From NCBI RefSeq assembly GCF_009914755.1, contig NC_060948.1: a DNA stretch of 64,000 nucleotides, one strand, 5' to 3'. Source of the DNA: the human T2T-CHM13v2.0 reference genome, Homo sapiens. The notes under the pieces were generated by a model. It made no database searches, was not told where the DNA came from, and saw only the letters and a program-made list of their open reading frames with translations. The position numbers were made by a program, and so were the translations under genes. This document shows positions 1 to 23,407 of this stretch, piece after piece. Position 1 is the stretch's first letter. Every line of letters begins with the position of its first letter.

Positions 1-2773
<2,773 letters not shown>

Positions 2774-3776
2774 TGAAGGTTTTTTTCCCTTTCCTTTCCT
2801 AGTGCTTTGGGTTTGCAGCTTTATTTTATTGCTGTTTTTTTGTCTTCTGTGTTTTTTTTTTTTTCCTTTCCACTGAACATTTCCTAGTTTTACTTTGACT
2901 TGCAATGGGAGAGGGTATTGCTTCTAGATGTAACATGACATCCAAAGCATAAAATGGTAAATGAAGCTGCAGGTCATTTTCAGCTGAAAAAGGAATTTTA
3001 CGACTCATAATTATGACCATGTAAGGCATTTTCACGGCAGAGTATTTTTTATCTTAGTTCTCCATTGGGATGGCATTGAGGGATTTGCTGTCCAGTAGAA
3101 AGTTCACCTCTAAATTATTCACTCTCTGCAGCCTCCTAGCCTTGCTTCTCTCCTTCACAGGTGCATGGGCATTCTTGCTAGACCTTCTACTCTCCTGGAA
3201 CTGCCAGGCCCCTGGTGTTGCATATTCCCCTGGTTCTCAGGGCCCTTTGCGATGCATCTTCCCCATCCCTCATGACCCTCATGGCCTACCTGCTAGGCCC
3301 ACGGTCTAGGACCTGAGCCCCTTAATAACACTCCTTGATCTGCCTTACACACTCTCCTCCTACTCCTCCTCTCTGATAAAACCCGAACTTTGAGTCATCC
3401 CGCCATCTGCCTTCTCTGCTTCTGATTCCACCATGCTGAGAGAGGAGAAAGCGCACAGAAGCACCAGCTGAGGCCACCACAGTTTCATGGTCTCAAGCCT
3501 TCCTTAGATTCTTGTGCTCCTGACAACCATTTTAGTTGTCCTAAATCAGCTCCTCAAAAAAAAAAAAAAACCTCATTTGGCCCCACTTCCCAGCCTCACA
3601 GAGGAGACTTCTCTTTGTCACAGCATGTTGACATCTCTTTCAATACCAGTACTTTTGTTAACTCACTGAGGCGGCTTTTAGGATACTGGGACAGGTTCCA
3701 TGACCCTGTGATAAAGCAAATGAATATGAATCTCTCAGGTGGGGCCCAGAGTTCTTTTTTAGTTACTTTTGTTATC

Positions 3777-4968
<1,192 letters not shown>

Positions 4969-7099
4969 TGGATTTTAGATAGAATTTAAGGAGCTCGTGA
5001 TCCCCTTGAAGTTCTTTCATCATCTTCCCAGACATACAAGAAGCCTAGTTAAAAACATCTGGGTTAGAAGTTCTCTGCGGTCTTTGCATCAGGGTGTAAG
5101 AAATGGACAGGACCTCAGAGTTCAATGAATATAATCCTCATTAAAGTCAGATATTACAATTCAGTCAGTGAGGCCCAGAGAGTTTTCATGGCTGACTCAT
5201 AGCATAGCGGAAGGAGACCTGTATCTTGGTTTTCTGAATCCCATTTCTCACACAGTGTTGTGTTAATATACTGTGTTTAAAAGAAATGTAAAGAAGGAGA
5301 GAGTCCTGTGGAGAGAATGGCTGGGAGCAAAAATAAAAAGCAATCGATATTCCTAGGATGTATAGGTTGGCTATTACTTGGTTTGTTTTGCATTCAACAT
5401 AGATTAGCTTTCTAGCTTCAACCCAAAAAAACCAAGCCTGAAGCTCCCTTCTAGCTCCTTACTTTGGATCTGTGACTAAATCCTGAAGAATTGTCTGAGC
5501 AAGATCTGTGGAGAGGCAGATAGTGGGGCCTAGGCACATCATGAGTTCTAAATGGCTGATGTCATTACAAAAAACATAAGCAAGAAAGAATCTACTGTTG
5601 CCCGGAAGTGGGGGGGAGGTTTCTAAGGAGAAAGTATGAGTATTGAAGAAGGAGGGTAAGGGTTATGTAGCAAAGAAGGGGTTATTGGATGGTCCCTGTA
5701 GGCTGGGGGTGGGAGAGGGGAACAGAGCAGGGTGGGGTGTGAGTGAGGTACGCTCCGAGATCATTTTTGTTTTTGTTTTTTGACCAATAAAGTGTTCAAT
5801 TTTTTTTTAGTTTTAAAATTTTAAATTTTTTTTGATCAGTGAAATGAGAGATGGTTTGGGGGACGTCTGGGAGCCATCTAAGAGTTTTATTAAGCTGGAG
5901 ATTATCAAATTAAGATTTGCATTTTAGATATGCTTTTACATGGAAGATAGATCTAAGATTTTTTTTCAGTTAAGTGTTAGAATGCAGTGCCCAGATTATG
6001 AATCATTCATTCATTGATACAACTTTACGAAGCTCATAATATAATTCAGGCACTGATCTAGACAAGAAAAGATAGTCCAAAGCAGCACAGTGACAATGGA
6101 GATGCAGTTATATAAGGAACAATACATACAGAGAAGACAGATTTGACAAATACTTAGGAGATAAAAATCAGTAGGACCTAATGACTATTGAGGGCAGTGG
6201 GAAGTGGAATGAAAATAGTAAGGATATTGACAGATGCTTGAAACAAATGTGTCCAATATTTTAGAATTATATAATAAATTTAAAGGAATAGTCTGTCAGG
6301 AGCCCCAGAAAGATTAAAACCCAAATGCTAATACATAAAGATCAAAACAGCCTTCATTTGCCACATCTTTGAATGAGAAGACTACTTTGGACTTTGTTAT
6401 TTCTCCAAGGCAGAGACACAGGCCTGCCAAAGGGAGGTAATAATATCAACTACCAAATTGTAGGTTTAACCGAGAGAGGTTGAAATAAAAAGTACTAAAG
6501 TTTTGCTGGGCGTCTTTCAACAGCCTTGTGGTAAGCCATTCCTACCAGAATTCTGATTTTGTCAAAATGTGGTTACTTTCATGTAATTTTGGAATAAGCT
6601 TTTAAAAACTGAGAGCAGCAAGAACAGCATGTGAACACAGATGGGCTGGGGGGAGGGGCAGATTGAATTGGGTGAAGTTTATACGAATAAAAAAGAAGAG
6701 GGGATTTTACGAATGCTACTTTCAAAGGCAAAAGACCTAGTCAAAGCACTTATTTTTGCTTTCTTAATTCCTTACCTGCTACTGCAAATAAAGAGCAGCA
6801 AAATTAAAAGAAAAAAAAGCTATGTGCTGTAAATACCTTTAAAGACACTTCTTTAGTAGTTCATTGTGTTGCATACATCATAATGTCTTGCTGGGCAGGC
6901 TGCCCAGCTCAACTTCCAGTCTCACGGTTCTGTGAGATGAAAAGTGAAATGTAATATTTACAATCCTGGGAATGAATTAATCCCTGGCAAAATAGAAGGA
7001 TTTGATTTTCTTATCTGCTCATATCTAGCTGGCTTTGTACCTAAGAATGGTACCAGGGATCTGTTTCTATTTGTCGCCACAGGACAGGGAACTAGAATC

Positions 7100-7895
7100 A
7101 GTTCCTGAAGCTAAAGGCCTGAAATGTCTCAGACAAGCAAAAACTGACAGAATTCATCACCACTAGACCAGCTTTACAAGAAATTCTCAAGGGAGTCCCA
7201 CATCTGCAAGTGAAATGATAATTACTATCAAGAAAACACACAAAAAAAGTATAAAACTCAACGGTAGAACACATACACAAAGGAGAAAGAGACAAGAATC
7301 AAACTTTATCACTACACAAATCCACCAAATTACAAGGATGAACAATTAAGAGGGGAAGAAAGGAAAAAATATATATATTTTTTGTGTATTTTGAGACCAG
7401 CGTGGCCAACATGGTAAAACACTGTCTCTACTAAAAGTACAAAAATTAGCTGGGTGTGGTGGCGGGCATCTGTAATTCCAGCTACTTGGGAGGCTGAGGC
7501 ATGAGAATTGCTTGAACGTGGGAGCTGGAGGTTGCACTGAGTCAAGATCATGCTACTGCTCTCCAGCCTGGGCAGCAGAGACTCTGTCTCAAAGAAAAAC
7601 AAAAAAAGCAACTACATTTTAGGCTAACAAAGAGATATTTACAAAACATTTCATCCAACAGATGCAGAAAACACATTCCTTCATCAGCACAAGAGATATT
7701 CTCCCTATTCTGGTCTATTCTACCATATGTTAGGCCACAAAACAAGTCTCAACAAATTTAAAATTATTGAAATTATATTGAGTATCTTTCCTGACCACAG
7801 TGGAATAAAACTAGAAGTCAACAACAAGGCGAACTTTTGAAATTGTACAATTACATGGAAATTAAACAGTATGCTCCTGAATGATCAATGAAGAA
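7100..7895 (+). mobile_element. Old L1M fragment interrupted by a 5'-truncated Alu (~7391-7608, +)
   Basis: L1 ORF1-end-like text (ttcatcaccactagaccagctttacaagaaattct) and endonuclease-like text (tttcctgaccacagtggaataaaactagaa) flank the Alu. Confidence 0.75.
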
Positions 7896-8208
7896 CATTT
7901 TAAGTTTTCTTTTCTTTCATTTTCTTCTTTTTTTTTTTTTTAAAGTAGCTAAGAACAATCGTTCTGAAGACGCAAAGCTAAACTAACTGCTAACATCCAA
8001 ACACAGCCGACAGTGTAGCTGCAAACTTTGCTCCTGATCCGTGGGCAAAAGGAGCTCTTAGCTTTGCAGGAGCCTTCATTTTGTGCTGCCTGCCATGGGA
8101 CAGAAAAGAAGCACCTGTGAGCAAGAGCCATACACTCAATATACCACTGCTGACTCCTAAGTGCCCAGAATTTCATCCAGAGAAGTAGCTTTAGAAGTTA
8201 GGTGATGA

Positions 8209-8566
<358 letters not shown>

Positions 8567-8914
8567 CAGTTTTTTTTCTCAAGCAGAAGAGCAAAGATGA
8601 GGGAGTCTCCACACTAACAGCACACCAAGGATATTATCTGCCTGCATTAGGAAGCTTCCAGGGCATACAGGATGGCAGGAACTTCCAATGGGGTGAATGA
8701 GAGTGACTTAGAGCTACTTGATGGGATCCCTTTGGATGCTTCTGATACCTCCACCCTTCCTGAGGCTTTGCCACTGGGCTTGGCAAAAGGAGAACCCTTT
8801 AATATTTAGGAGAGCAGAGAAAGAGGGAGAATGGAGAAGCCACATACTACAGTCTTCTGTGTTTTACTGGCTAAAGGGCTGCAGATATTTTACATGCCCC
8901 CCATATTGTCAACA

Positions 8915-9545
8915 GACCAGGCAAGGTGACTGACACCTGTAGTCACAGCACTTTGAGGTGGGCTGAGGTGGGCGGATCACTTGAGATCACGAAGTCGAGA
9001 TTAGCCTGGGCAGCACGGCAAAACCCCATCTCTACTAAAAATACAAAAATCAGCTGTCTGTGGTGGTGCGCAACTTAATCCCAGCTAATTGGGAGGCTGA
9101 AACAAGAGGATTACTTGGACCCAGGAGGCAGAGGCTGCAGTGAGCCAAGATCACACCACTGCACTCCAGCCCGGTGACGAAGTGAAAGTCTGTCTAAAAA
9201 AAAAAAAAAAAAAGGCTGGGTGCAGTGGCTCACGCCTGTAATCCCAACACTTTGGGAGGCTGAGGCAGGTGGATCATGAGGTCAGAAGATTGAGATCATC
9301 CTGGCTAACATGGTGAAATCCCGTCTCTACTAAAAATACAAAAAAAAAAAAAAAAAAAAAAATTAGCTGGGCGTGGTGGTGAGTGCCTATAGTCCCAGCT
9401 ACTTAGGAGGCTGAGGCAGGATAATGGCGTGAACCCGGGAGACAGAGCTTGAAGTGAGCCCAGATCACTACACTACACTCCAGACTGGGCAACAGAGTGA
9501 GACTCTGTCTCAAAAAAGAAAAAAACAAAAAAACCCAAAACCCAA
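8915..9545 (+). mobile_element. Two tandem Alus (~8915-9213 AluJ-like; ~9214-9545 AluS/Y-like with expanded middle A tract)
   Basis: Two consecutive dimeric Alus; the second starts inside the poly(A) tail of the first. Confidence 0.93.
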
Positions 9546-10381
9546 AAGCCAAAATTGCCAACTGGAAGAAGGCAGAAACAAAACAGGTGCTCACAGCTGC
9601 CAGAGATTTGTGGGCCCTGCCTGGGTTAGAGGTATAAATGCCAGCTCTGCATTGGAGACATGAGGGAATTTCTTTTTTTTGCTCTTGCTGCAGCTCCGTG
9701 TAACTGCATACCATGGTATCCCTTTCCTTTCTGGGTGATAATGGCCCACCCATAAGCAGGTTACTAACAAAATGGAGGACAGGACTTCACTCCTCCCCAA
9801 ACACCTACAAGGGAAAGGTCCCATTTTACTGAGCACCACAGCTACAGTTTTAACAGTTACTGCAAAATAAAAGTTGCTACATTCTCATGATGATGGGTTT
9901 TTCTATCACCTGAAAAATTATTCACCAAGTGTCTGCAGCCAGGGTGAAAAACACTCTTAAAGTTTAGATATGCATCAGTATTTCCCTCAAAATAGCACAG
10001 GTTAAAGCTTTCATAAACAGAAAACCAGAATAAGTAGTTGAAAAACATGTAAGTATAAATTAACAGCCACAAAATGGGACAGTTAGAGACTGTGAAATAG
10101 CTTTGTCTTGCGGAAAGATACAATCTGAGAAGCAATTCTGCAGCACTTAGCTGAAAGTCAATAGGAGGCTGATCAAATGAAGTGGTAGAAGCCATGCAAT
10201 TTGTCACACCAAGCATCTGTGACAAACCCACATTGAATCCAAAGAATGTAGGTGATCTGACAAAAGGCCTCATGTTTAAAATTTGCCCTAAGTTTCCCCA
10301 AATCTGCCAAAAATTTCCCCACTTGAGCCACTTTTTCAGATACAGTTTAGCTATCTGTTCTTGTGACACTAGGTGCCTTTA

Positions 10382-11615
<1,234 letters not shown>

Positions 11616-11639
11616 CCGGGTTCAAGCGGGAGGCATCCG

Positions 11640-11848
11640 CCTCCCCGGGTTCAAGCGATTCTCCCACTTCAGCCTCCTGGGTAGCTGGGATTACAGGCAC
11701 CCGCCATCATGCCCGGCTAATTTTTGTATTTTTATAGAGACAGGGTTTCACTATGTTGGCCAAGCTGATCTTGAACTCCTGATCTCAGATGATCGGCCCT
11801 CCTCAACCTCCCAAATTGCTGGGATTACAGGCATGAGCCACCGCCCCT
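11640..11848 (-). mobile_element. Partial antisense AluS fused to the preceding sense Alu
   Basis: cctccccgggttcaagcgattctcc...gggattacaggcatgagccaccgccc. Confidence 0.9.
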
Positions 11849-11850
11849 GC

Positions 11851-12467
11851 AGAGCTCTCTTTTCTTTGCGAAGGACAAGGCAGACTGGAATGGATTCACC
11901 TGAGAGCGGTGCGCATGCCCTGGAAAGCATTATGGTTAGACCCATGTGAGACAGGTTAGTTTTACTGCGTGTGTTCCCCATGTGTTGTTGCCCATGTGTT
12001 GTTCCCATGGTAATCCTGCTCATTAGTAGAGAAATCACAGGTTCAGACATTTGGTGTATGTCCTTGTCTGAGGAGCCAATGGGGTAAAGCTACTATAAGC
12101 GGGATTAGGACTGAAGGACTCTAAGAATCCCGCCCATGAGGAATGATAAGGCAGCGCCACGGAACCTTTGTTGGCCTCGGGTAGGCAGTCTTCTGCAGTC
12201 CCCTCCGGTGTGCCGCTCCGCCCCGCGCTGGGCGCATGTCCTGCCGTGCTCCGGAAACCGGGATCCGGTGCAGAGAAACCCCCATCCTGGGAAACGGGCT
12301 GCTGCCAGAAAGGCGGTCACCCCCTGACCCATCACATAACGTGTTTGTGGGGAACCTGATGCTAAACTATTCGCAGACGTCCTGCTTCTGGGTCAGGGTT
12401 TTCCATGGAGCAGAGCAGCTCCCTCGCTGCTATCTATTGAAAGTCAGACCTCCACACAAGGCTCTCT
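11851..12467 (+). pseudogene. 28S rRNA pseudogene fragment: ~85 nt of central 28S joined to the 3'-terminal ~530 nt
   Basis: Recognisable 28S stretches: tctcttttctttg..ggaatggattcacc..tggaaagc; gtgagacaggttagttttac; ggttcagacatttggtgtatg; agcagagcagctccctcgctgctatctattgaaagtcag..acacaagg (3' end). The sarcin-ricin loop at ~12021-12040 is mutated. Confidence 0.95.
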
Positions 12468-13010
12468 GCACCCGTGTGCGGAGGACCTGGTGATGTGGTG
12501 TGTGATGTGGTGTGTCCTGTGTAATTCAGCCCTTGACATATACCTTCCTTCCTTTCTCCTGTTCCCGAGAACCTCTTCCCTGGCCCGCTCATGCCCACCC
12601 ACCCCTGAGCCCCGGATCACGCAGTGGGTGTCTCTCGCGAGAGCTCATCGGCGCCCGCTGTGCATTGGGAGGCTCACGTCCCCACCCTCGGGCTTTCCAA
12701 GGTGCCGCGCCAGGGGTTGCTGAGGTAGAGGTGGCTCCCCTGCTCCTCCTTCCACCTCTCCGATTCCACCTCCTCCTCGCACCCCGCTGGGAACTCCTCC
12801 AGGGGCTGAGATTGGATTCACCGAGCCTGGTGAGAATGACTCAGGAGTGGTTGTCCGAGGGTGTGCCCCTGCGGTTCCTGTCCGAGTAGTGTTCACGCGT
12901 GCCCAGTGGTGGCCGATGGGGTCACGGCCCCTCTCCCCACCCCAGGCGCGCGGCGATGGGATATGAACCAGTCACTGCCTTTGTGCTTTCCTCCTCTCTC
13001 CGCTGCCCCG
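12468..13010 (+). pseudogene. Degenerate rDNA 3'ETS-like GC-rich segment
   Basis: GC-rich sequence directly following the 28S 3' end, ending in a pyrimidine run and a Sal-box relic as in rDNA. Confidence 0.7.
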
Positions 13011-13019
13011 GTCAACCAG
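13010..13019 (+). terminator. Decayed Sal box (TTF-I site, T1-like)
   Basis: ggtcaaccag is GGTCGACCAG with a CpG>CpA change, preceded by ctcctctctcc as at the rDNA T1 terminator. Confidence 0.65.
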
Positions 13020-13409
13020 CGGAGAGTGGGGAACTGCGGGCAGGTCGGCGGAGTTAGATGGCAGCAAAGGTGGGCCGGCTTGGTGTGATAAAGTTCCAAC
13101 TGGGTCCTTCCGCGAGCCCTGGGTCCATAAGATGTCATCGGCGAGCGCTGGACTTGACCGTCAACTTGGGATTGTTAAGGTAGAACGGGTAACTCTGGTC
13201 AGCAGCACTACCACCTGCATCCACTAGAGGCTGCTCTTTCACCACGTCATTTCTTCCTCTCCAACTGTTTCCACAGTATTTTCAGCTGCTCTTCATTTTG
13301 TTTTTCTTTTTCCTTTTACTTTTCTTACTCCCCTTTCTACACACTGAAGTTGCTGTTGTTTTATGTTTACTTCTTCTCCTTCTAATTCTTCTTTTCTTTT
13401 TTTTGAAAA

Positions 13410-14330
13410 GTTGGAGTGTGAGATTGCATTCTCGGCTCATCACAGCCTCAACCTTCCTGGGCTCCCGCAGGTGTTCTTGCCATCTCAGCCTTCCAAGTGG
13501 CTGAGATTGCAGGAATAGCTTGATTCTGGGATGTCGAAGCTGCAGTGAGCCATGATCACGCCATTGCCCTCCAGCCTGAGTGACAGAGAAAGACCCTGTT
13601 TCAGAAAGTAAGAGAGACAGGTTAAAGAAATAACTCCTTGAAATTACTGCAATTAATTGTGATCTAAATTACCTTTTTTATTTTTATATTTTTCACTCTC
13701 ACTAGTTTGTTTATTATTATTGCTGTTGTTTGTTATTTATTTGTATTATTGTTTATATTATTGTTATTGTTTTTATTAATTAGATATTTAGAGATGGGGT
13801 CTTGCTTTATCACCCAGACTGCAGTACAGTGGCATGACCTTGGCTCACCGTAGCCTCAAATTCCCGGGTTCAAGTTCAAGACCAACCTGGGCAATATGGC
13901 ATAACAACCATGCTTACTAAAGTCTGTCACTGATACCCCCAGGGCCGTTGAATATGGCAGGTGCAATTTCGGAGGCTGAGGCAGGCAGTTGGCTAGAGTT
14001 CAGGAGTTCAAGACCAGCCTGGACAACACGCTGCAGTGCATTACCTGACCAAGGCCCAACGCAGCCTCCACCTCCCGAGCCCAAGGGATGCTCCCACCTC
14101 AGGCTCCAAAGGAGCTGAAAGTACAGGCGCCTGCCATCATGCCCGGCTAACATTATTATATTTTATTTTATTTTATTTTATTTTATTTTATTTTATTTTA
14201 TTTTATTTTATTTTATTTAAGTAGAGGCATGGTCTCACTGTATTGTCAGGGCTGGTCTCAAAATGGTGGGTTCAAACAATTCTTCCATGTCAAACTCCCA
14301 AAGTGTTGGGATTACAGGTGTAAACCTTGA
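13410..14330. mobile_element. Fragmented, alternately oriented old Alu pieces, including an AluJ(-) at ~14060-14330 with a (TTATT)n expansion at ~14152-14218
   Basis: Alu fragments switch strand at ~13520, ~13870 and ~14035. Confidence 0.75.
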
Positions 14331-14334
14331 TGCA

Positions 14335-14600
14335 CTTCTCTCTTTTTTATTTCCTTTATTTTTCTTTTTTCTTCCTCTTTCTTTCTTTCATTTTCTTTCT
14401 TTTCTTTCTCTTTCTTCTCTCTCTTTTTCTTCCTCCCTTCTTTCTGTCATTTCTTATTCTCTTTTTCTGTTTCTCTGTCTTTCTATTTTCTTTATCTTTC
14501 TTCCCTTTACATCTCTGTCTCTTTTTCTTTGCATTTATTTTTCTTCATCTTTTTGTGTGTCTCTTTTCTCAATTCGTTTCCTCCCATCCCTCCGTCTGTC
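14335..14600. repeat. Polypyrimidine (CT-rich) low-complexity tract
   Basis: Almost entirely C/T; typical of IGS. Confidence 0.85.
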
Positions 14601-15149
14601 TTTGTTTGGATTCTGGAAGTCTCCTCATTCTGTATACCCCTGTGTATCACAAGCCTCTGAGACTTTCGCTTCGTTGTTTTTCTCCTTGTTTCATAAAATG
14701 CATTCATTCTTCTTTTATTTAGGTACTGTATGGATGGTCAAGTGCTGGAAAGAAAAAAAAATGGCCCATAAATTTGTTTGGTTTCACAAGAGACATGGGA
14801 GACCAAATAACGCACGATGAGTACTTTTCTAAATATCCTGTTTATTCTCCCAACGGGGCTCATAAAAATACGGATGCATTCAGTGGGTTGAGAGATCTCT
14901 GTGCAGTCGTGACCCTGCAATTATATTTGACAAGGGTGGTGATGACAGATGGGTGGCACAGAAGCCTACCCTTCTTTGGCACCAATTGAGCATGGTGACA
15001 ACAGATTCAAAATGGCCTGTGTCTGAACTTGATGGTCCTGTTTTTCTGCTCTGGTCTTTAGGAATGAGGGGAGCCTTCCCGAGTTCCGCCATTTCCTTGC
15101 ATTTTTCTTTTTACATATATTCGTTCACTTATTTATTTACTAATTTATT

Positions 15150-18643
<3,494 letters not shown>

Positions 18644-18686
18644 TATGTATAATTTTACGTGTACTTTCTTTTTTTAATTAAATTAA

Positions 18687-19555
<869 letters not shown>

Positions 19556-20004
19556 ATGTGTAATTTCTTAACTCGGCTCATTTCTTGACTAGGCATCATG
19601 GGCATTTGGGCCACTTTCTCATGGAACTTACTTGTGCTTCAGGATCTGTTCGGACCCAATCAGGTCCACAGCATTTCTGTGTCATGCTGGAGTGCTGCTG
19701 TGCACACCCACTTACGCCCAGTGTGTGATGAGCGGCTCAGCTCACATGGTAACTTCGTGGCCCCATGGTTGGGCATTTGGTTTCTACTAATAGCCAGAGG
19801 CTAGCTGGATAGAAAGAATGGTTATCTGCAGATAATGGCAGGGCCTTGCTCTTCCACTTGCTTATTCCACTGTGATTTGGAATAGCTTATGTCTCACATG
19901 GATGGTCCTGTTTTTCTGCTCTAGTGTTTAGGAATGAGTCAAGCCTTCCCGTGCTCTGCCACCTCCTTGCATTTTTTTACATTCATCTATTCATTTATTC
20001 ATGT

Positions 20005-20815
20005 ATTTTTTAGAAACGGGGCCTTCCTGTGTCGCCGAGGCTGGAATGCAGTGGTAGGACCATAGCTTACTGTGACCTTGAACTGCTAGGCTCAAAGCAA
20101 TATTCCTCTGCCTCAGCCTCCAGAGTAGCTGGGCCTACAGGCATGGGAATGAGCCACAGCACAGCACAATGCCCCGCTAATTATCTTCGATTTTTTAAAA
20201 AATGGTTTTCTTGTTTCTTTTCTGAGACAAAATCTCCCTCTGTCACCCAGGCTGGAGTGTAATTGTTCCCAGACCAAACTGAGGGTGGGGCTGCTTATTC
20301 TCCCGACCTGATAATGACATACAGATGAACTAAAAAAAGGGAGTTTTTATTTCTGTGACCACTTACAGGGAGACGGCCTGATAATATCACCAGATTGACT
20401 CAAAATTACAAATGTGTATAAAGCTTATATACCTTCTAAGCTATCTGCGTAATCTTAACAGTGCATACATTTAAAGGTGGAATCAATTTATTTATTTATT
20501 TATTTATTATTTATTATTATTTTTTTTTTTTTTGCGATGGAGTCTTCCTCTGTTGCCCAGGCTGGAGTGCAGTTGTGAGATCTCAGCTCACTGCAACCTC
20601 CACCTCCTGAGTTCAAGTGAGTATCTTGCCTCAGCCTCCTGAGGAGCTGGGATTACAGGTGCCCACCACCATGCTCATCTAATTTTTGCGTTTTTCTTAA
20701 AGACGGGGTTTTGCCATGTTGACCAGACTGGTTTGGAACTCTTGACCTCAGGTGTTCTTCCCGCCTTGGCCTCCCAAAGTGCTGGGGTTACTGGCTTGGG
20801 CCGCCAAGCCCAGAC
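20005..20815 (-). mobile_element. Alu pieces (~20005-20180, ~20220-20262) and a full AluS (~20488-20815)
   Basis: Antisense Alu motifs. Confidence 0.88.
20264..20478 (-). mobile_element. ERV LTR fragment (LTR15-like)
   Basis: Begins tgttcccagaccaaactgagggtggggctgcttattctc, the reverse complement of an LTR 3' end; the AATAAA signal appears as tttatt. Confidence 0.6.
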
Positions 20816-21492
20816 TGCTTCTTTTGCACTAGAAATGGGCTCTCTCATTATCACGGTATAAACGTGTCTATATTGTGGGATATGGTGTGCGTGTGCACGT
20901 GCATAGGCACATGTGTTTCTCCATGTTTTCCCGAGCCATGGTGCTTCTTCCCCCGCAAGGGCTGTGGTGGATTAGTTGTTGGGAGCTCCTGAAAGGGCGC
21001 CGGGCTGACACTTCCATCCGTTGTCGTCTCGTGTCATCTAGCTGTCACCGTTTTTGAAGTCTAGGAGGCTCACAGGATGCCGTGGCCGCCCGCCCATGGT
21101 AAGGGGTGAGTGTGTCTTCTCTCTGCTCCCCTCAGTCCTACCCCAACCCTCAGAGGCCCGCCCTACCTCCATCCGTTCATCCCCTCCATCGTTGCCTAGA
21201 AAACCTCTGGAGATTCTGGCTGGGCCAGATTGTTGATCTTCTTCATCAGTTGCTTCCTATTCTTTGTGTGTTTGACCCGCGTGGACTCTTCTGCCTGGGT
21301 TTTACAGACGGCAGTTCCACCCTAGGCCTTTTCTTTAGTGGGGACTTTTCTGATTCTCCCCAGATGTTGTGAAAGCAGGTAGATGTCAGGCGTTTGGGAC
21401 TAAAAGACATTTCTCAGGATTAACTGAATGAGTGTGGAGGAAGCAGCATGCACTTCACACCTTTCAAAGCAGGGATGGCAACACTATGAATT

Positions 21493-21647
21493 CGGTGTCT
21501 TTTCCAGAATCAGCTTGTTTCCTGAGTTGCCCTCCGTGTCCCCCCACCCACCCCAGGCTAGAAAACATTCCAGAGTGAACTACTGTGCCTCCTTCCCTTC
21601 CCCGTCCTGTTTTGTCCCCTCCCCCTCACCTCGGTTTCTCTCCTTCA
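21493..21647 (+). repeat. ~155-bp direct repeat, copy 1
   Basis: cggtgtcttttccagaatcagcttgtttcctgagttgccctccgtgtc...tttctctccttc, near-identical to 24979-25132. Confidence 0.95.
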
Positions 21648-21899
21648 TGCCGGCAGCTTTCCTCTTCCTCTCTCCCTCCCTCCTTAGGGAAACTCAAGTA
21701 CCTTGGCTAAGCCGCCATAGTCAGTTTTTACCGTTAAGTTATGTTTAATATTTGTCTTTCCCCAGCCAGCATATTGGTAAAGTGGAAAGTGCATCATAGC
21801 CACCGATCCCCCACCCACCCCACCCCCCACCGCCCTCGGCTATTTTTTTAGAGTTTTTTAGAGTTTTTTAGAAAAATAGTTTTACTATTTTTTTAGTTT

Positions 21900-22514
<615 letters not shown>

Positions 22515-23029
22515 CTAGATTTTAAAAATCCTCTCTCTCTCTGGTTCTCATTTCCTTCTTTCCGCCCTCCCTCGCTGCTCCCTTCCCTCCCTCCTTGCTT
22601 TCCTCCGTCTGTCTCTTTTCTCCATTCCCTCTCTCCCTCCCTTCCTCCGTCTTTGTCTGGATTCTAGAAGACTCTCCTCATTCTGTATCTTACTGTGTCC
22701 TAACCGACCTGCAACCAAGTCCCATTTCTTCTTTCTCAGTCCGAGATGCATCTTCAAACTCTCATGCGCCACGGGTTGTCTTTTGACTCAGTCGCAGTCT
22801 ATGCAGAGACACGTTTGGAGAACGGTTTCTGTGAAGTTGGGGAGGAGGGGCTGCGTTTTCGGCCTCAAAAAGACTTCGACTCATGGTTTGGGTTTCCCAG
22901 TCATGGGCTGCCCTGCCATCTGGGACTCTGGCGCGTCACTTGTGAGTCAGAGCTGGCAGTCCAGGGCTTTGCTGGGGGAGGCTGTCGCGGTGCTTCCGTG
23001 CCCCAGGGCAGTGTGGGGCTGCCCTGGCT

Positions 23030-23039
23030 GGTCGAACAG
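23030..23039 (+). terminator. Sal box relic upstream of the promoter (spacer terminator-like)
   Basis: ggtcgaacag versus GGTCGACCAG, in matching context (gtggggctgccc..gg). Confidence 0.65.
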
Positions 23040-23407
23040 CATGCCACAACTCCTGAGGCTTGGCCCGAGATCCACAAGGACGTATTGGGCATGGCGCTGG
23101 TGGCTGGGGATGCCCTTCCCGGCCCAGTGGCAGGCCAGTGCAGGTCTGATGCACCTGCCAAGCCCTAGTCCCTCTGCCCTGATCTTTTTTTTGAAGTCCC
23201 CATGCAGAGTTGGAGAGCGGTCCCTGAGCATGCATGTGGTCCAAGAGGTGGCACCTGGCCAGGCTTTGGTCCCTCATGTGATCCAGTCATGCTAGGGGCC
23301 AGCCAAAAATAACTCCCAGTCTAGCTCTGGAAAAATGGGCCAGCCCCTGCATTGTACGGGTAACCAGGAGTTTGTCCCTGGCCCAGTGCTGCTCCTGTGT
23401 GTGTCCT

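Noticed and set aside
9857-10369. 170-aa minus-strand ORF in unique sequence
   Set aside because: Starts at GTG rather than ATG, has no recognisable domain, and shows no splice or poly(A)/TSD evidence. A BLASTX/tBLASTn search would be needed to revive it.
14263-14820. Hydrophobic Phe/Leu/Ser-rich ORFs (also 22049-22667)
   Set aside because: Translation of polypyrimidine tracts and Alu sequence; the membrane-protein look is compositional.
14720-15130. Possible CDC27 pseudogene expected in a human-type IGS (also checked 19560-19990)
   Set aside because: Translations show nothing I recognise as CDC27 or TPR repeats; left as unassigned IGS sequence.
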